DNA of 64,000 nucleotides from Eledone cirrhosa (Eukaryota): NCBI GenBank assembly GCA_964016885.1, contig OZ024764.1, positions 25,854,001 to 25,918,000 of the forward strand, read 5' to 3'. Shown piece by piece: positions 1 to 12,736 of this stretch (position 1 is its first letter; each line of letters starts with the position of its first letter). The notes under the pieces were generated by a model. It saw only the letters and a program-made list of their open reading frames with translations, ran no database searches and was not told where the DNA came from. The position numbers and the translations under genes were made by a program.

Positions 1-2881
1 ATTTTGTTTTCTGAAGTGCGTTCCAGATGGTTCTAGCTATCCCATCGTGTCTCATGGGGAGGTAGTAGCGAGATGACATTCTTTCGCAGCTGGCAACAAT
101 GTGGCTTACATCCTCGATCTTTGTTTTACATAGCCTACATTTATTGTCAGCTGCTGGCTCTCCTCTTTTGTGCAGCAGATATTTGGTAGGGAGTTCTTGT
201 TCCTGTATTGCATAGAGATATCCCTCAAGGTGTGATGTCATAAACTTGTCGGAACTCCATGCCAGGCTTTTTGAGTGGTTTATCCCCTCTATGGTCTGTG
301 TTTTACGCCTCAAGTATCCATGCATAACTTTTTCTGTAAATTGGTCAATTTTTTTATCTTGTTTGAACATTGAATAGGATCTCTCTGGGTGAGAGATTTA
401 TATCAGGCTTTATTCCATATCTCTCCTCCAGATCAGTCGCTATTCTAATGATATTTCTTTTTTCATGCTCATAAACCTGGGCAAGATGGTTGCCAACCTT
501 TTTCCTCTGTTGAAGGTGTTGCTTCAGTGTTACTATCCGGGTCTCATATGTTGTTAATATTGATTTTAGACCCCGGCCACCTTCCTTGCGTGAGAAGTAT
601 AGCCTATCCACATCACCATTGATGTTAAAGTTCCCAGTAACACTGAGAAGTTTTCGAGTTCTAACATTCATCTCACTTAGTTCTTGCAATGACCAGTTCA
701 GCAGGCCAAATGTTGGCGTTAGAATTGGCACAGCATAAGTATTGTGGGCAATGTATTTGTTGTATGCTGACAGTTCTGATGACCATATTTTCTTTACTTT
801 TCTGAGGTATTCAGTTCTGGTTCTCTCCTTATTTATGGGTCCATCATATCTGACATTCTCATCCTGTCCAAGATATCTGTAGTTGTCACCTGACTGCAGA
901 GGTTGTATTGTCAGGCCGTTCATCTCTAGATTTCTAGAGGAGGGCACAGCTCTTCCACGTTTTACTGCCAAATATGCACACTTGGACTCACCAAATTTCA
1001 TTTTGATGTCGGTTGAAAATTGTGTAATGAGGTCCAATTGTTTCTTGATGTCATTGATATTTGGCCCATACAACTTCAGGTCATCAACAAAGAAAAGATG
1101 GGAGATACTTCTGGGCCCACTTCTTTGTCCACCTTGTGTCCTGAGTAGGTAAGATAGTGGATTCAGTGAGAGAACGAAGAGTAGCACTGACAAGCTATCA
1201 CCCTGAAAGATGCCCTTCTGGTAATGTATCTTATCAGTCTTAACCTGCTCCTTCTCACTTCTAAGGATCAAATTGGTGCACCAGTTCTTGGTCAGGCGTT
1301 CAACAGCAGCTACCAATGGTTGTGGGAATTTAGCTAACTGTAAAGCCTTAATAATCCACCCATGATGTACACTATCAAATGCTTTTTGATAGTCCAGCCA
1401 CACCACAGTCATGTTTCTGCGATTCTTTGTTGTTTTTTCATGAATCATTTTGTTAGTTAGTAGGTGATCTATGCAACCCCACACCTCCCTCTTTCCACCA
1501 GCTTGCTCAGGTGTTATGATGTTGTTGGTAGCACAGTGATCCTGTAAGAACAGGTTAAGGCACCCAGTATATAATTTATACATGATGTTTTGGCAGGCAA
1601 TTGGGCGGTAATTTTTAGCAAGGGTGGTTTGGCTATTTTGGGGAATGAGAAGAGTAGTGGCAGTTGATAACCATCTGGGCAGTTCTTGTGTGCCTTTAAT
1701 GGTTTCTGTAAACAGCCGTATGAGATCTTGCCGATAGAAAGTGAAATTCTTCAACCAGTATCCTGTAATGAGGTCTGGGCCTGGCGATTTCCTATTCGAC
1801 ATTTTCTGTAGAGCTGTTTCCAGTATTGACCCATCTATGTCATATTGTTTTGTCTGGACATGTTGGCAGTAGTCCTGTTCCAGTTCTTTTAGCCAATTAG
1901 CTTGTCTGTTAAATCCGTCATCCGTTTCCCATACAGATCTACAGTAGCTCTCAACCTGTTCTTTTGAAGGGGTGTCGTTTACAGGGATTGAGCTTTTGCC
2001 ACCGAAGCTGCGATAAACTGGTTTAGGATCTCTGGCAAACAATCTATTTAGCACTTGTCGTTTATGTGCTGTTGACTTATATTTTAGTCTTTCTGTTGTA
2101 GCTGTGAGTTTGAACTGGTGCTGGTTCAGGCTTTCTGTTTGTATCTTGATTGCGTGGTTTTAGATGTGTGTTATATGATAGCAATATGACAGCTGAAACA
2201 TATCACAAAACATATAACAAATGTCGTTTCTACTCCTTTAGATCGTATAGCCTTCAGATAATTGCCCGCTATTTCGTTCACCGCTTCCAATTCCAATTTA
2301 GTGGGTTCTTTACTGATTCTAGTCTTGTATGGTCTGTCACTCACATTAAGGCTGTGTATCTCTTGAAACATATCGTTCCATATCACTTGTAGGGTGTCCA
2401 CAAGTTTTTGGTGCTCTATTTGTTCAGTAGAGTCATGAATTTCAGCCTCGTTGTTGATGTGGTGACAATTACTACTAGAGTTAGCTGACCTTTCTCGCTG
2501 TTCTTCAGTGGAAGTGGGATGGATTTCAGCAAAATTGTTGGTGAGCTGTTCACTGTTAGATTTAGCTGGCCATTCTCTTTGTCTGTCAGTGGAGGTGGGG
2601 TGGTTGTCTACAAGGGCTGTATTTGTAGTATCACTCGATTCCGTTAGATGTATCAATTTACATCTAATGATACGTTTTGCCTGTTCATTTAAATGCTTTG
2701 GAGAAAAGTCTAATTCTGGGTGTTTGGAGTTCCATAAAGTTTTTAGCCTTTGCATAAAACCGAACTTTTGGGGTTCAGATTGTTTATATGCTTCATATAA
2801 TACTTTGTTAAGCTCGTAGCTCCACTGTATACAACGGTTGTAGTTGCGATTTGGTCGAAGGAGACTTGTACTTTTTGCCAT
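1..2881 (-). mobile_element. R4/Dong-like (RLE-type) non-LTR retrotransposon, frameshifted, runs off the left edge
   Basis: N-terminal ORF 2171-2881. RT ORF 354-2054 has NYRPIACQN, QGDSLS and FVDDLK. After a frameshift near 354 it continues HLEGYLYAIQEQEL...CRLCKTKIEDVSHIVASC (zinc knuckle). Confidence 0.85.
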
Positions 2882-3749
2882 GATGAGTTCGTCTATTCAC
2901 TAATATTTCGTATTTATTTTTCAAAATAGTCGATGATCTTATAACGGGTTTTAGGGTCAATTCTTAATATACATAATAGAGATCAGAAGGCATTTAGAAC
3001 ATTGACTAAATCCATTATCGATGTTGTAACTCTATTTATTAGTCGTACATGTTGAACGGATACATTAGGTACAGGTCGTATCTACATGTGTAGGATGTAA
3101 CTTGGTCCGCTTCATTGCAAGATGGAGATGTTGTTAGCAGCGATGAGTGTAGCCTGGTCTTGTCGATAAGAGAGGTGCGTGTAGACTAATGACTCTCTTG
3201 GTCACCTCCACTCACACTGGTGACGTAGTTCTGGACAGTCGAATTAGTGCGCCGAAGGTTTTGATTGGCTCACACTTCAGCCAACTTACCTCCGTAACAC
3301 CATTCCTCCGCAGAAGGAAAATACATTTTATTCACTGCTACAATCTTCTTTAAAAGTTTCGACAAAGTTCTGTCAGAATCAAATTTAAAGTTATTCACAG
3401 CTTGGGTAATATTTCTTTTCAGTTAGTTTTTAATTCTACAACTGTGTTTTAAACGTTGTTCTTGAATCGTTTGAATCGAGAACAAAAAGAACCGTTACTT
3501 AGTATATTTCTTTATGAATGTAATATAATATAACAACGCTGTATTTATATGTTAAAGTTTATGTATCATTCATATAAATAGGTGTTCTACAACTTATTCA
3601 CAACATATTCACAGTTTAAACACTTATGTAGAATTATTGAATGTAATCTTACCGCGTAATATAGCTCAACTTTTTCCAATATATGTTGCCTTCATGTAAG
3701 CCGTAATTACAGACGTCCGATTATCGGACACTGTCCGCAACGGTCGCCA

Positions 3750-6145
3750 TGTATGTATGTTCTTCTGGTTTTATAATTTCACAAAGTTTTACCAATAGAG
3801 AGAGAGTCGGTTTCTAACAGACACAAGACTCTCAGTGGAATTTACACAACATCAACTAGGTAGATATGTATGTATGTCTGTCTGCATGCATGCATGTGTA
3901 GATATGGATGTTATTGTATGTGTGGATGTGTATGTTTTGAGTTGTATGTGTGCATTTGTATATGCTTTGTATCTGTACATGTGTATATGCAGTTATTAGA
4001 TGCAAAATTTTTGGAATATTTTACACATTTTTACTGTTTCATTAATGGATTGCACTTGTAATTTCCTAACTAGTTGTGTTCTTTCTGTTCCTGTGAAGCC
4101 TAGCTTCTCAAGATTTGTATTGAGGCAGTTACTAACATACCCCAGTGCCCCAATAATCACAGGCATAAATCTGAAGGTGTAATCAGGGTCGAGTATCTGC
4201 AGATTTCTCATCAGTTCTGCATAAATGTTCTCCTTTTCACTAATCTTTGATATTATATTGGCATTTGCTGGGCAGCTAATTTCCACTACTGTGCAGGCTT
4301 TCTTCTCCCTGTCCCATATCATAATGTCTGGTCTGTTATGCCTGCATTTTATTGGGGTTTTTACTGGAACATTCCACCAGTACTCGTTCATATTATGTAC
4401 ATGGATGTCTTCCACATTGTTGTAGCTTTTAATGTGTTTGTTATCAGGGCTATCTTTTTTACGAACTGCATTGTACAGTGTTTTGGCCACTACATCATGC
4501 TTCATAGGTAGATAGTACCGCGATGACATCTTTGGGCAGCTGCTGATGACATGGGTAATATCCTCGATGTTAGTTCTGCAGAGTCTGCACTTGTTATCAC
4601 ATCTAGGTGTTTTGTCTGCATCCCTATCTCTTTTGTGAATCAGGTATTTCGTGCTAATCTCCTGTTCTTGGATTGCAAAAGCGTATCCGTCAAAGTGGGA
4701 GCCAATATAGCAGTTTTTGGTCCAAGATAGACTACTTTCCTTATCTATATTACTCTCACTTTGGAGCTTCCTGACAACATATCCATGCATGATATTTTGC
4801 TGATAGGCATGCAGTTTTTCATCCATGGATTCACTGCGATACTGCTGAGCGACATCCCTGGGTGTGAGTTTTTGATTATCACACAGGGAATATCTCTCAA
4901 GGAGTTCCTTCCCAACTCTCATGATCTTATCTGTTTCATGCAGATAGACTTGCTCGAGAAGCGGGCTCCTACGCTTCGAGGTTCGTAGATGTTGTCGGAG
5001 AGATATGATGCGACATTCAAATGTTGTCTGGACTGATGTTAGGCCTCTGCCTCCCTGCTTACGTTTCAAGTAAAGGCGGTCTATGTCACTGTTGATGTGG
5101 AAGTTTCCGGTGTTGTTCAGTATTTTTCGAGTTCCAACATCAACTGCTCGGATTTCGTCTATCATCCAATTGAGTATTCCAAACGTTGGTGCTAGGACAG
5201 GCACAGCAAACACATTGTGAGCCACTGTTTTGTTTTGCGCAGAGAGTTCCGATGACCAGATCTTTCTTAATCGGGTGTAGTATTCCCTGGTTACGCGTTC
5301 CTTATTACAGATACCATTATAGGATATGTTCTCATCTATCCCCAGGTATCTGTAGCAGTCCTCATCAGATATCGGTGAAACAGTTAGACCATTGATGACA
5401 ATCTTGGTAGATTGGGTTGTTGTTTTTCCCCGCTTTACAGTCATGTATGAGCATTTATCTTGGCCAAACCCCATTCCTATATACTTTGAGAACGTTGTAA
5501 CCAGGTCAAGATTTTTCTTCATCCCATCCATGTTCTTGGCATAGAGTTTCAGATCGTCCACAAAGAAGTTATGGGTTAGGTTCGTATTTCTGTCCTCCTG
5601 TGAGCCAATGATGTATCCCTCACATTTCTTGAGCAGAAAGGACAAGGGGTTTAATGACAAGATGAACAATATCACAGAGAGACTGTCCCCCTGAAATATA
5701 CCCCTGCAATGTTTTATTTTATCAGTGAAAATAGAGTCCTCCCTCTCTGTCTTTAACCTTAGGATAGTAGCCCAAGAAGAAGACAGCCTCTCTATGGCTC
5801 TGACAATAATGTCTGGGACTTTAGCAAGTTGGAGGGCCTCTATCATCCAAGAGTGGGGAACATAATCGAAAGCTTTCATGTAGTCCAACCAGACTGTAGT
5901 CATATTCTTCCTAAGTTGTCGCACCTCCGACATCGCAGTTTTGTTGATTAGGAGTTGTTCAGCACATCCCCAAACCCTTTTCATTCCAGCTGCTTGTTCA
6001 TCTGTGATGATGTTATTATTTTCACAGTGATCTTGGAGGAATAGGTTCAGGCAGGCTGTATACATCTTATACATCAGGTTCTGGCATGCAATGGGTCGGT
6101 AGTTTTTTGCCAAGTGGGTGTCTTTGTTCTTGGGGACCAGTAACG
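3750..6145 (-). mobile_element. 5'-truncated R4/Dong-like non-LTR retrotransposon (RT, CCHC zinc knuckle, restriction-like endonuclease) with 3' UTR
   Basis: ORF 3996-6113 has QGDSLS/FVDD RT motifs, CRLC..HVISSC, and HNRPDIMIWD..VEISCP..PVIIGALG. The 3' UTR piece 3760-3870 recurs at about 61790-61900. Confidence 0.9.
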
Positions 6146-6184
6146 TTTATGTATGTATGTATGTATATATGCATATATATATAT

Positions 6185-6560
6185 GGAGGCACATGGCTTA
6201 GTGGTTAGAGCATTGGCCTTGCAATCGAAAGGTTGTGAGTTCAATTCTCAGACCGGGTGATGTGTTTTTTCCTTGAACAAGACACTTTATTTCACATTGC
6301 TCCAGTTTACTCAGCTGTAGAAATGAGATTATAGGGACTGGGGTCCCTATCATTCCACTGCAAAGTGGTCGTGCAGGTGCCATGGCAAAAAAGCACCCAG
6401 CACTGAGGTTGGCGTTAGGAAGGGCATCCAGCTGTAGAAATCAAGCCAGAATCAGTTCCTGTATGAGCAAGAAAAAGTCAGCCAACTGGACACTGCCCAC
6501 AACAGGACAACCTGTCTAACCCATGCTAGCGTGGAAGAACGGACATAAAAACGGTGATGA
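6185..6560 (+). mobile_element. tRNA-derived SINE
   Basis: Pol III A box TGGCTTAGTGG and B box GAGTTCAATTC, (GAT)n tail; near-identical copy at 28565-28890. Confidence 0.8.
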
Positions 6561-6962
6561 TGATGATGATGATGATGATATATATATATACATACAGGCA
6601 TATATATATATACACACACACATAAATAATAAACAAAACCATAGGTGTTAAGATGCTGCAAATTTTATTTTTGTAGTTTTAAACTATGTTCTTGCTTTTA
6701 ATATTATAAATCATATTATCATCAACATCATATATATATATCTTCCTGCCCTATCAAGCGTTAACCTAATATATACCTTCCTGTACCGATTGTGTTGTTA
6801 TTTCTGTTTACCGTTTACATATATATATATATAATGTTAATTCTTCAAGTTTTCAGTTGTCCAGGAAATGAAATATTTTTGCTGAGCTGCAATTATAAAA
6901 AGAATAAATAATTTGTTTAATTAAAGAACACTAATTAGTTGAATAAAATTTCATTAACCCTC

Positions 6963-7635
6963 TAACATTTACATTACTCTATATATACTATTATATTTTC
7001 ACAGTAAAGGCTTTACCTCACATAATATCTCACATAACATTTACATTACTCTATATATACTATTGTATTTTCACAGTAAAGGCTTTACCTCACATATTAT
7101 CTCACATAACATTTACATTACTCTATATATACTATTGTATTGTCACAGTAAAGGCTTTACCTCACATAATATCTCACATAACATTAACATTACTCTATAT
7201 ATACTATTATATTTTCACAGTAAAGGCTTTACCTCACATAATATCTCACATAACATTTACATTACTCTATATATACTATTGTATTTTCACAGTAAAGGCT
7301 TTACCTCACATAATATCTCACATAACATTAACATTACTCTATATATACTATTGTATTTTCACAGTAAAGGCTTTACCTCACATAATATCTCACATAACAT
7401 TTACATTACTCTATATATACTATTGTATTGTCACAGTAAGGGCTTTACCTCACATAATATCTCACATAACATTTACATTACTCTATATATACTATTGTAT
7501 TGTCACAGTAAGGGCTTTACCTCACATAATATCTCACATAACATTTACATTACTCTCTATATACTATTGTATTTTCACAGTAAAGGCTTTACCTCACATA
7601 ATATCTCACATAACATTTACATTACTCTATATATA
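6963..7635. repeat. 72-bp minisatellite, about 9 copies
   Basis: Unit acataacatttacattactctatatatactattgtattttcacagtaaaggctttacctcacataatatctc. Confidence 0.95.
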
Positions 7636-8106
7636 CCACCTGGTGGTATCCAGTAGAAGCAAGGGGGACAACTATGTATTTCAGGTTTGACTGGCCATCA
7701 TCAGGACGATCACTCCCCCCTCTTGCGACTGCTGGACTTGAAAACTGCCGAGAATATATAGTTTTCTCGTCTGTGTAAATGAGATGATTAATCTCACTTA
7801 CACATGAAGCTGCATAAGTTGGCTCAACTTATAATAATAAAAAAAAAGAGAATTCTGGCCAGACATGGCTGGTTTAAATGCTAAAGGGTTAAAAGAATAT
7901 TATTGAATTACAACTCACATTGATCAAACAACTGAAACGCTCAAGACAACTGGTGGAGCTCCATTAATCCTCCACTCACAACCACACACACACACTCATA
8001 GACACATACACACACATAAACACACACACACACACACACACACATATAAACACCCACACACAAACACGCCCCCTCCCCCATACATGTAACTGCAATAGTA
8101 TGCACC

Positions 8107-8228
8107 TTAATCTGTGCAGCAGACTGTTCCTCCAGGACATCCTCTCACCCGGGAAACTGTCACATGACCCCTTGGACAGATCGAGTAACAGGCTGTCTTA
8201 ATAAAATTTATTTTTCCACATTGAAATA
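8107..8228 (-). CDS. Terminal coding exon of the His/Tyr-rich secreted precursor: 6-Cys beta-defensin/big-defensin-like domain (V)FQCGKINFIKTACYSICPRGHVTVSRVRGCPGGTVCCTD*
   Basis: Strong acceptor ttgtttgttgttttttgcag (AG at 8230-8229). Read in phase 1, matching the donor at 12737, it gives C-x9-C-x3-C-x12-C-x5-CC then TAA at 8109-8107. Confidence 0.75.
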
Positions 8229-8292
8229 CTGCAAAAAACAACAAACAATAAATAAATTAATTAATAAATTAATAACACCCTCCTCCATATAC

Positions 8293-8354
<62 letters not shown>

Positions 8355-8592
8355 ATGTATATATATATATATATGTAAATGTGGTTGGTGTTAGGAAGGG
8401 CATCCAACTGTAGAAAACCTGCCAGACAGTCCTATGCGAGCAAGACAATCACTCTTGCCTCAAGTGGGACTACCCCCGTCCAAACCCATGCAAGCGTGGA
8501 ACACGGACGTTAAACGTTGATGATGATGATGATGATGATGATGTGTATGTGTGTATATATCTTAAAACCTTTTGAGCAAATATTTATTATAT

Positions 8593-8638
<46 letters not shown>

Positions 8639-8829
8639 TCGTTATACTTGGGGAGGGTCATATTTGTGTAATAATATTGCCAGAATTAATAACAGAACAC
8701 ACTCACTGTTTGGTTGGTTTTCGCTTCTGTGTCTTTTATATCGGTTAATTTAATTTGTTCGGTCCTCAATGTTGCCATTGACTGACCAACGGTCAAAAAT
8801 ACAGATACAATATAGACACAAACACATAT

Positions 8830-9550
8830 ATATAGTCTAACAAATTTCTTTCGTTGCACATCTGCAACATCGTCAGTGCTGCTATTATGTTTCCTCCCGT
8901 TACATGTATGCTTACGCCATCTTTATTTAGTCTGTTTATTTATTTATTTATTTATTTATTCTTGTCTTCTTCTCTGTGCATGCGTTTGCGTGTGTGTATA
9001 GTGTTTGGTGTGTGTTCGTGTGACTGCGTTTTGGTTATTTTATTCTATCTTAGTTTACTAGTGTGTGTTTATATGTGTTTGTTGTTATTGTGCTTGTGTA
9101 TGTATTTATTTGTTTATTTATTTATATTTCTCTTAGGTCAGTGTTGTTTGTTTGGGTGTTGTTGTTATTCCATTCATTTTTTCTGTTTAGCCTTGACCTT
9201 CTAAGTTCTATTTCACTGGCCTCTCTGATTTGCCTATCTGCTGAGTCATTTCTATGTTTAGATATTATTCTAATTTCTATGTTGTCTATGTTACCGTCAT
9301 GTTGTTGTCTGGCATGTTCGTATAGTACTGACCCGTTTTTTCGTCCTTTTAGTTCCCCCCAGTGTTGGTCTATCCTTTCACCTATGCTACGAGCTGTCTC
9401 ACCTATGTATGTTGTTGTCATGTTTCTGCAAGTACCCTCTGTACATCTTATGCTATAGACTACGTTTCTAGTTTTACAGTTTATCTGGGGGTTTACTTTA
9501 CATATAATACATTCCCTATTAGTACAGTGGGTTTTCTTAAAAGGGTATGT
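8830..9550 (-). mobile_element. Penelope-like element 3' fragment (GIY-YIG endonuclease)
   Basis: VYSIRC..C...TYIGETARSIGERIDQH..SVLYEH..REASEI..LNRKNE; degenerate CTGACGA..GAAA motif at about 8840-8880. Confidence 0.75.
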
Positions 9551-9574
9551 TTTGCTGATATATATATATATATA

Positions 9575-9770
9575 TCAAGAAATCCCAGTAGAAGGAAGAC
9601 ACAGTAGAGGAAGACCACGAAAAACATGGGCAGAGGAGGTGAGAGCAGACCTCAGATTGCTAAAGTTCACAAAGGAGATGACGAAGGACCGTGACAAGTG
9701 GAGAGATGCTGTGCTGAAGAGGACCTGTCCCACCCTTGAAGCAGGCAAAAGCGGACGTAAAATGATGATT
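9575..9770 (+). mobile_element. RTE-clade LINE 3' fragment
   Basis: QEIPVEGRHSRGRPRKTW...DRDKWR; related copies at 33583-34150 (-) and 53310-53460 (+). Confidence 0.75.
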
Positions 9771-9955
9771 ATATTTATATATATATATGTTTATCCCAGG
9801 TTCAATCGGGGGTAACAACAGTAAGTAAGGTACTCAATAAATAGCAGAGTATAAATATTTAATATAGAAATGGCTTCTACAGGAGTAGAACTGTTTCTTT
9901 CAGAGGAAATCATCTGGAAAGCCCTCTGAATGAAACAGTTCTAGTCCTGTAGAAG

Positions 9956-10000
<45 letters not shown>

Positions 10001-10660
10001 GTAGTAACATGTGCTTACGCTATATTTGACTAAATAGAATTAGTCTGTTGGTTGGAATTTAAAAAAAACCCTCTGAATGTAAAAAATGATGAGTATTGAC
10101 GTACATGAGACACAAACCCATATCTTTGGTTTGCCGGAGCAATGTGTTACCATTACACCAGCACGCCACGCATGCTTCCTTCCATTCAATTAGAAGCTAT
10201 TTATATATATACCTGCTATGGTTATATAGCTTCTAATAACTGACTGTATGATGGAAGTTTGCCTCCTGTGTTCAGCTCTGCCTGGGACAACTCACTCAAC
10301 CCTGATCTATGTACCAAAGACCCTTCAGAGGAACTCCATTTACTGACTGGAAGATGGAACTTGCATGAATGCTACCTAACAACATTAAAATAATTCCAGT
10401 TGTAATCATAGTTTAGGGTTCTAACTTAGAGAGTTGCAGGCATGGTGGAACTAGCAGGTCGATTGGGGGCAGCTTTTCCCCCCAAACCACAAAAACACAT
10501 CTATCTGTATACATGCTACAATTTATCTACATGTTATGTTTACCACATATCAAAGTTTTTTATATCTTGGTTGACATTTGATAATGACTGTAATATATTA
10601 TGTTAACCTTCATAGTAAATTTATTTGTCATGTCATAACTTTTTCTCCACATATCATTAT

Positions 10661-10764
10661 TTGCCAGTTGCTAGTCGGTGTATTGCCAATTGCTAGTAAA
10701 TGTATTGCCAATTGCTAGTAGGTGTATTGCCAATTGTTAGTATGTGTATTGCCAATTGCTAGTA
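10661..10764. repeat. 22-bp tandem repeat, about 5 copies
   Basis: Unit gtattgccaattgctagtaggt. Confidence 0.85.
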
Positions 10765-10884
10765 TATCTATTCAGAGACAGATTTCAGAGGTCCTTTAGC
10801 TATAATTACTTTATAATTATTGAAAGCTGTAAATGTAATATGACCTGCTTGGACTCAAATTGCATTTTCTGATCATTTTAGAGA

Positions 10885-12730
10885 GCATTTTGTGGATATT
10901 GCTTCACTGTGGGACCCCGGGGTGAATAAGGAGAGTGAGAAAATTGAGAAATACCAGGAGCCGATGAGAGAAATCAAGAACCTGTGGAAAATCAGACTCA
11001 TAGAAGTGGTACCGACTGTGGTTGGTGTACTAGGAGTAGTTAGTAGGTTAGACATGTAGAAGTGGTACCAACTGTGGTTGGTGTACTGGGAGTAGTTAGT
11101 AGGTTAGACATGTAGTAGTGGTACCGACTGTGGTTGGTGTACTGGGAGTAGTTAGTAGGTTAGACATGTAGTAGTGGTACCAATTGTGGTTGGTGTACTG
11201 GGAGATGTTAGTAGGTTAGACATGTAGAAGTGGTACCAACTGTGGTTGGTGTACTGGGAGTAGTTAGTAGGTTAGACATGTAGAAGTGGTACCAACTGTG
11301 GTTGGTGTACTGGGAGTAGTTAGTAGGTTAGACATGTAGAAGTGGTACCAACTGTGGTTGGTGTACTGGGTGTAGTTAGTAGGTTAGACATGTAGTAGTG
11401 GTACCAACTGTGGTTGGTGTACTGGGAGTAGTTAGTAGGTTAGACATGTAGAAGTGGTACCAACTGTGGTTGGTGTACTGGGAGTAGTTAGTAGGTTAGA
11501 CATGTAGAAGTGGTACCAACTGTGGTTGGTGTACTGGGAGTAGTTAGTAGGTTAGACATGTAGAAGTGGTACCAACTGTGGTTGGTACACTGGGAGATGT
11601 TAGTAGGTTAGACATGTAGAAGTGGTACCAACTGTGGTTGGTGTACTGGGAGTAGTTAGTCGGTTAGACATGTAGTAGTGGTACCGACTGTGGTTGGTAC
11701 ACTGTGAGTAGTTAGTAGGTTAGACATGTAGTAGTGGTACCGACTGTGGTTGGTACACTGGGAGTAGTTAGTAGGTTAGACATGTAGAAGTGGTACCAAC
11801 TGTGGTTGGTGTACTGGGAGTAGTTAGTAGGTTAGACATGTAGAAGTGGTACCAACTGTGGTTGGTACACTGGGAGATGTTAGTAGGTTAGACATGTAGT
11901 AGTGGTACCGACTGTGGTTGGTACACTGGGAGATGTTAGTAGGTTAGACATGTAGAAGTGGTACCAACTGTGGTTGGTGTACTGGGAGTAGTTAGTAGGT
12001 TAGACATGTAGTAGTGGTACCGACTGTGGTTGGTGTACTGGGAGTAGTTAGTAGGTTAGACATGTAGTAGTGGTACCGACTGTGGTTGGTACACTGGGAG
12101 ATGTTAGTAGGTTAGACATGTAGAAGTGGTACCAACTGTGGTTGGTGTACTGGGAGTAGTTAGTAGGTTAGACATGTAGTAGTGGTACCGACTGTGGTTG
12201 GTGTACTGGGAGATGTTAGTAGGTTAGACATGTAGTAGTGGTACCGACTGTGGTTGGTGTACTGGGAGATGTTAGTAGGTTAGACATGTAGTAGTGGTAC
12301 CGACTGTGGTTGGTGTACTGGGAGATGTTAGTAGGTTAGACATGTAGAAGTGGTACCGACTGTGGTTGGTACACTGGGAGTAGTTAGTAGGTTAGACATG
12401 TAGAAGTGGTACCGACTGTGGTTGGTGTACTGGGAGATGTTAGTAGGTTAGACATGTAGTAGTGGTACCGACTGTGGTTGGTACACTGGGAGATGTTAGT
12501 AGAAGGTTGGATGCATGACTTGAGAAGCTAGGAATTACCTCCAGGGAGGGATTGTTGCAGAAAACAGACTTGCTAGGAAACAGCAAGGATTGTAAGAAGG
12601 GTGTTGGAAAGTTGAAGGAGAAGGGATGACCCAAAGGACCTTTGGCCATTGGCTATGGCCTCGCTCTTTTGGCATAACATCTGCCAGAACAAAAGTGTTA
12701 TGAATGATAATAATAGTAATAATAACAATG
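10885..12730 (+). mobile_element. 3' end of an RLE-type (R4/Dong-like) LINE, split by an internal minisatellite expansion
   Basis: VDIASLWDPGVNKESEKIEKYQ..EIKNLWK..EVVPTVVGVLGVVS precedes the array. LEKLGI..LLQKTDLLG..ARIVRRVLES* and a (TAA)n tail follow it. Confidence 0.75.
11001..12501. repeat. 56-bp minisatellite, about 27 copies
   Basis: Unit tagaagtggtaccaactgtggttggtgtactgggagtagttagtaggttagacatg. Confidence 0.95.
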
Positions 12731-12736
12731 AAATAC

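Noticed and set aside
7063-7656. 197-aa His-containing repeat ORF on the plus strand
   Set aside because: 72-bp minisatellite translation without a credible start.
10095-10172. tRNA-like sequence on the minus strand (also SINE heads at 6185 and 28565)
   Set aside because: Degenerate arms and B box, or attached SINE bodies; treated as SINE-derived rather than functional tRNA.
11001-12501. CRISPR-like appearance of regular arrays (also 17464-19808 and 40772-42092)
   Set aside because: No unique spacers, no cas genes, eukaryotic context.
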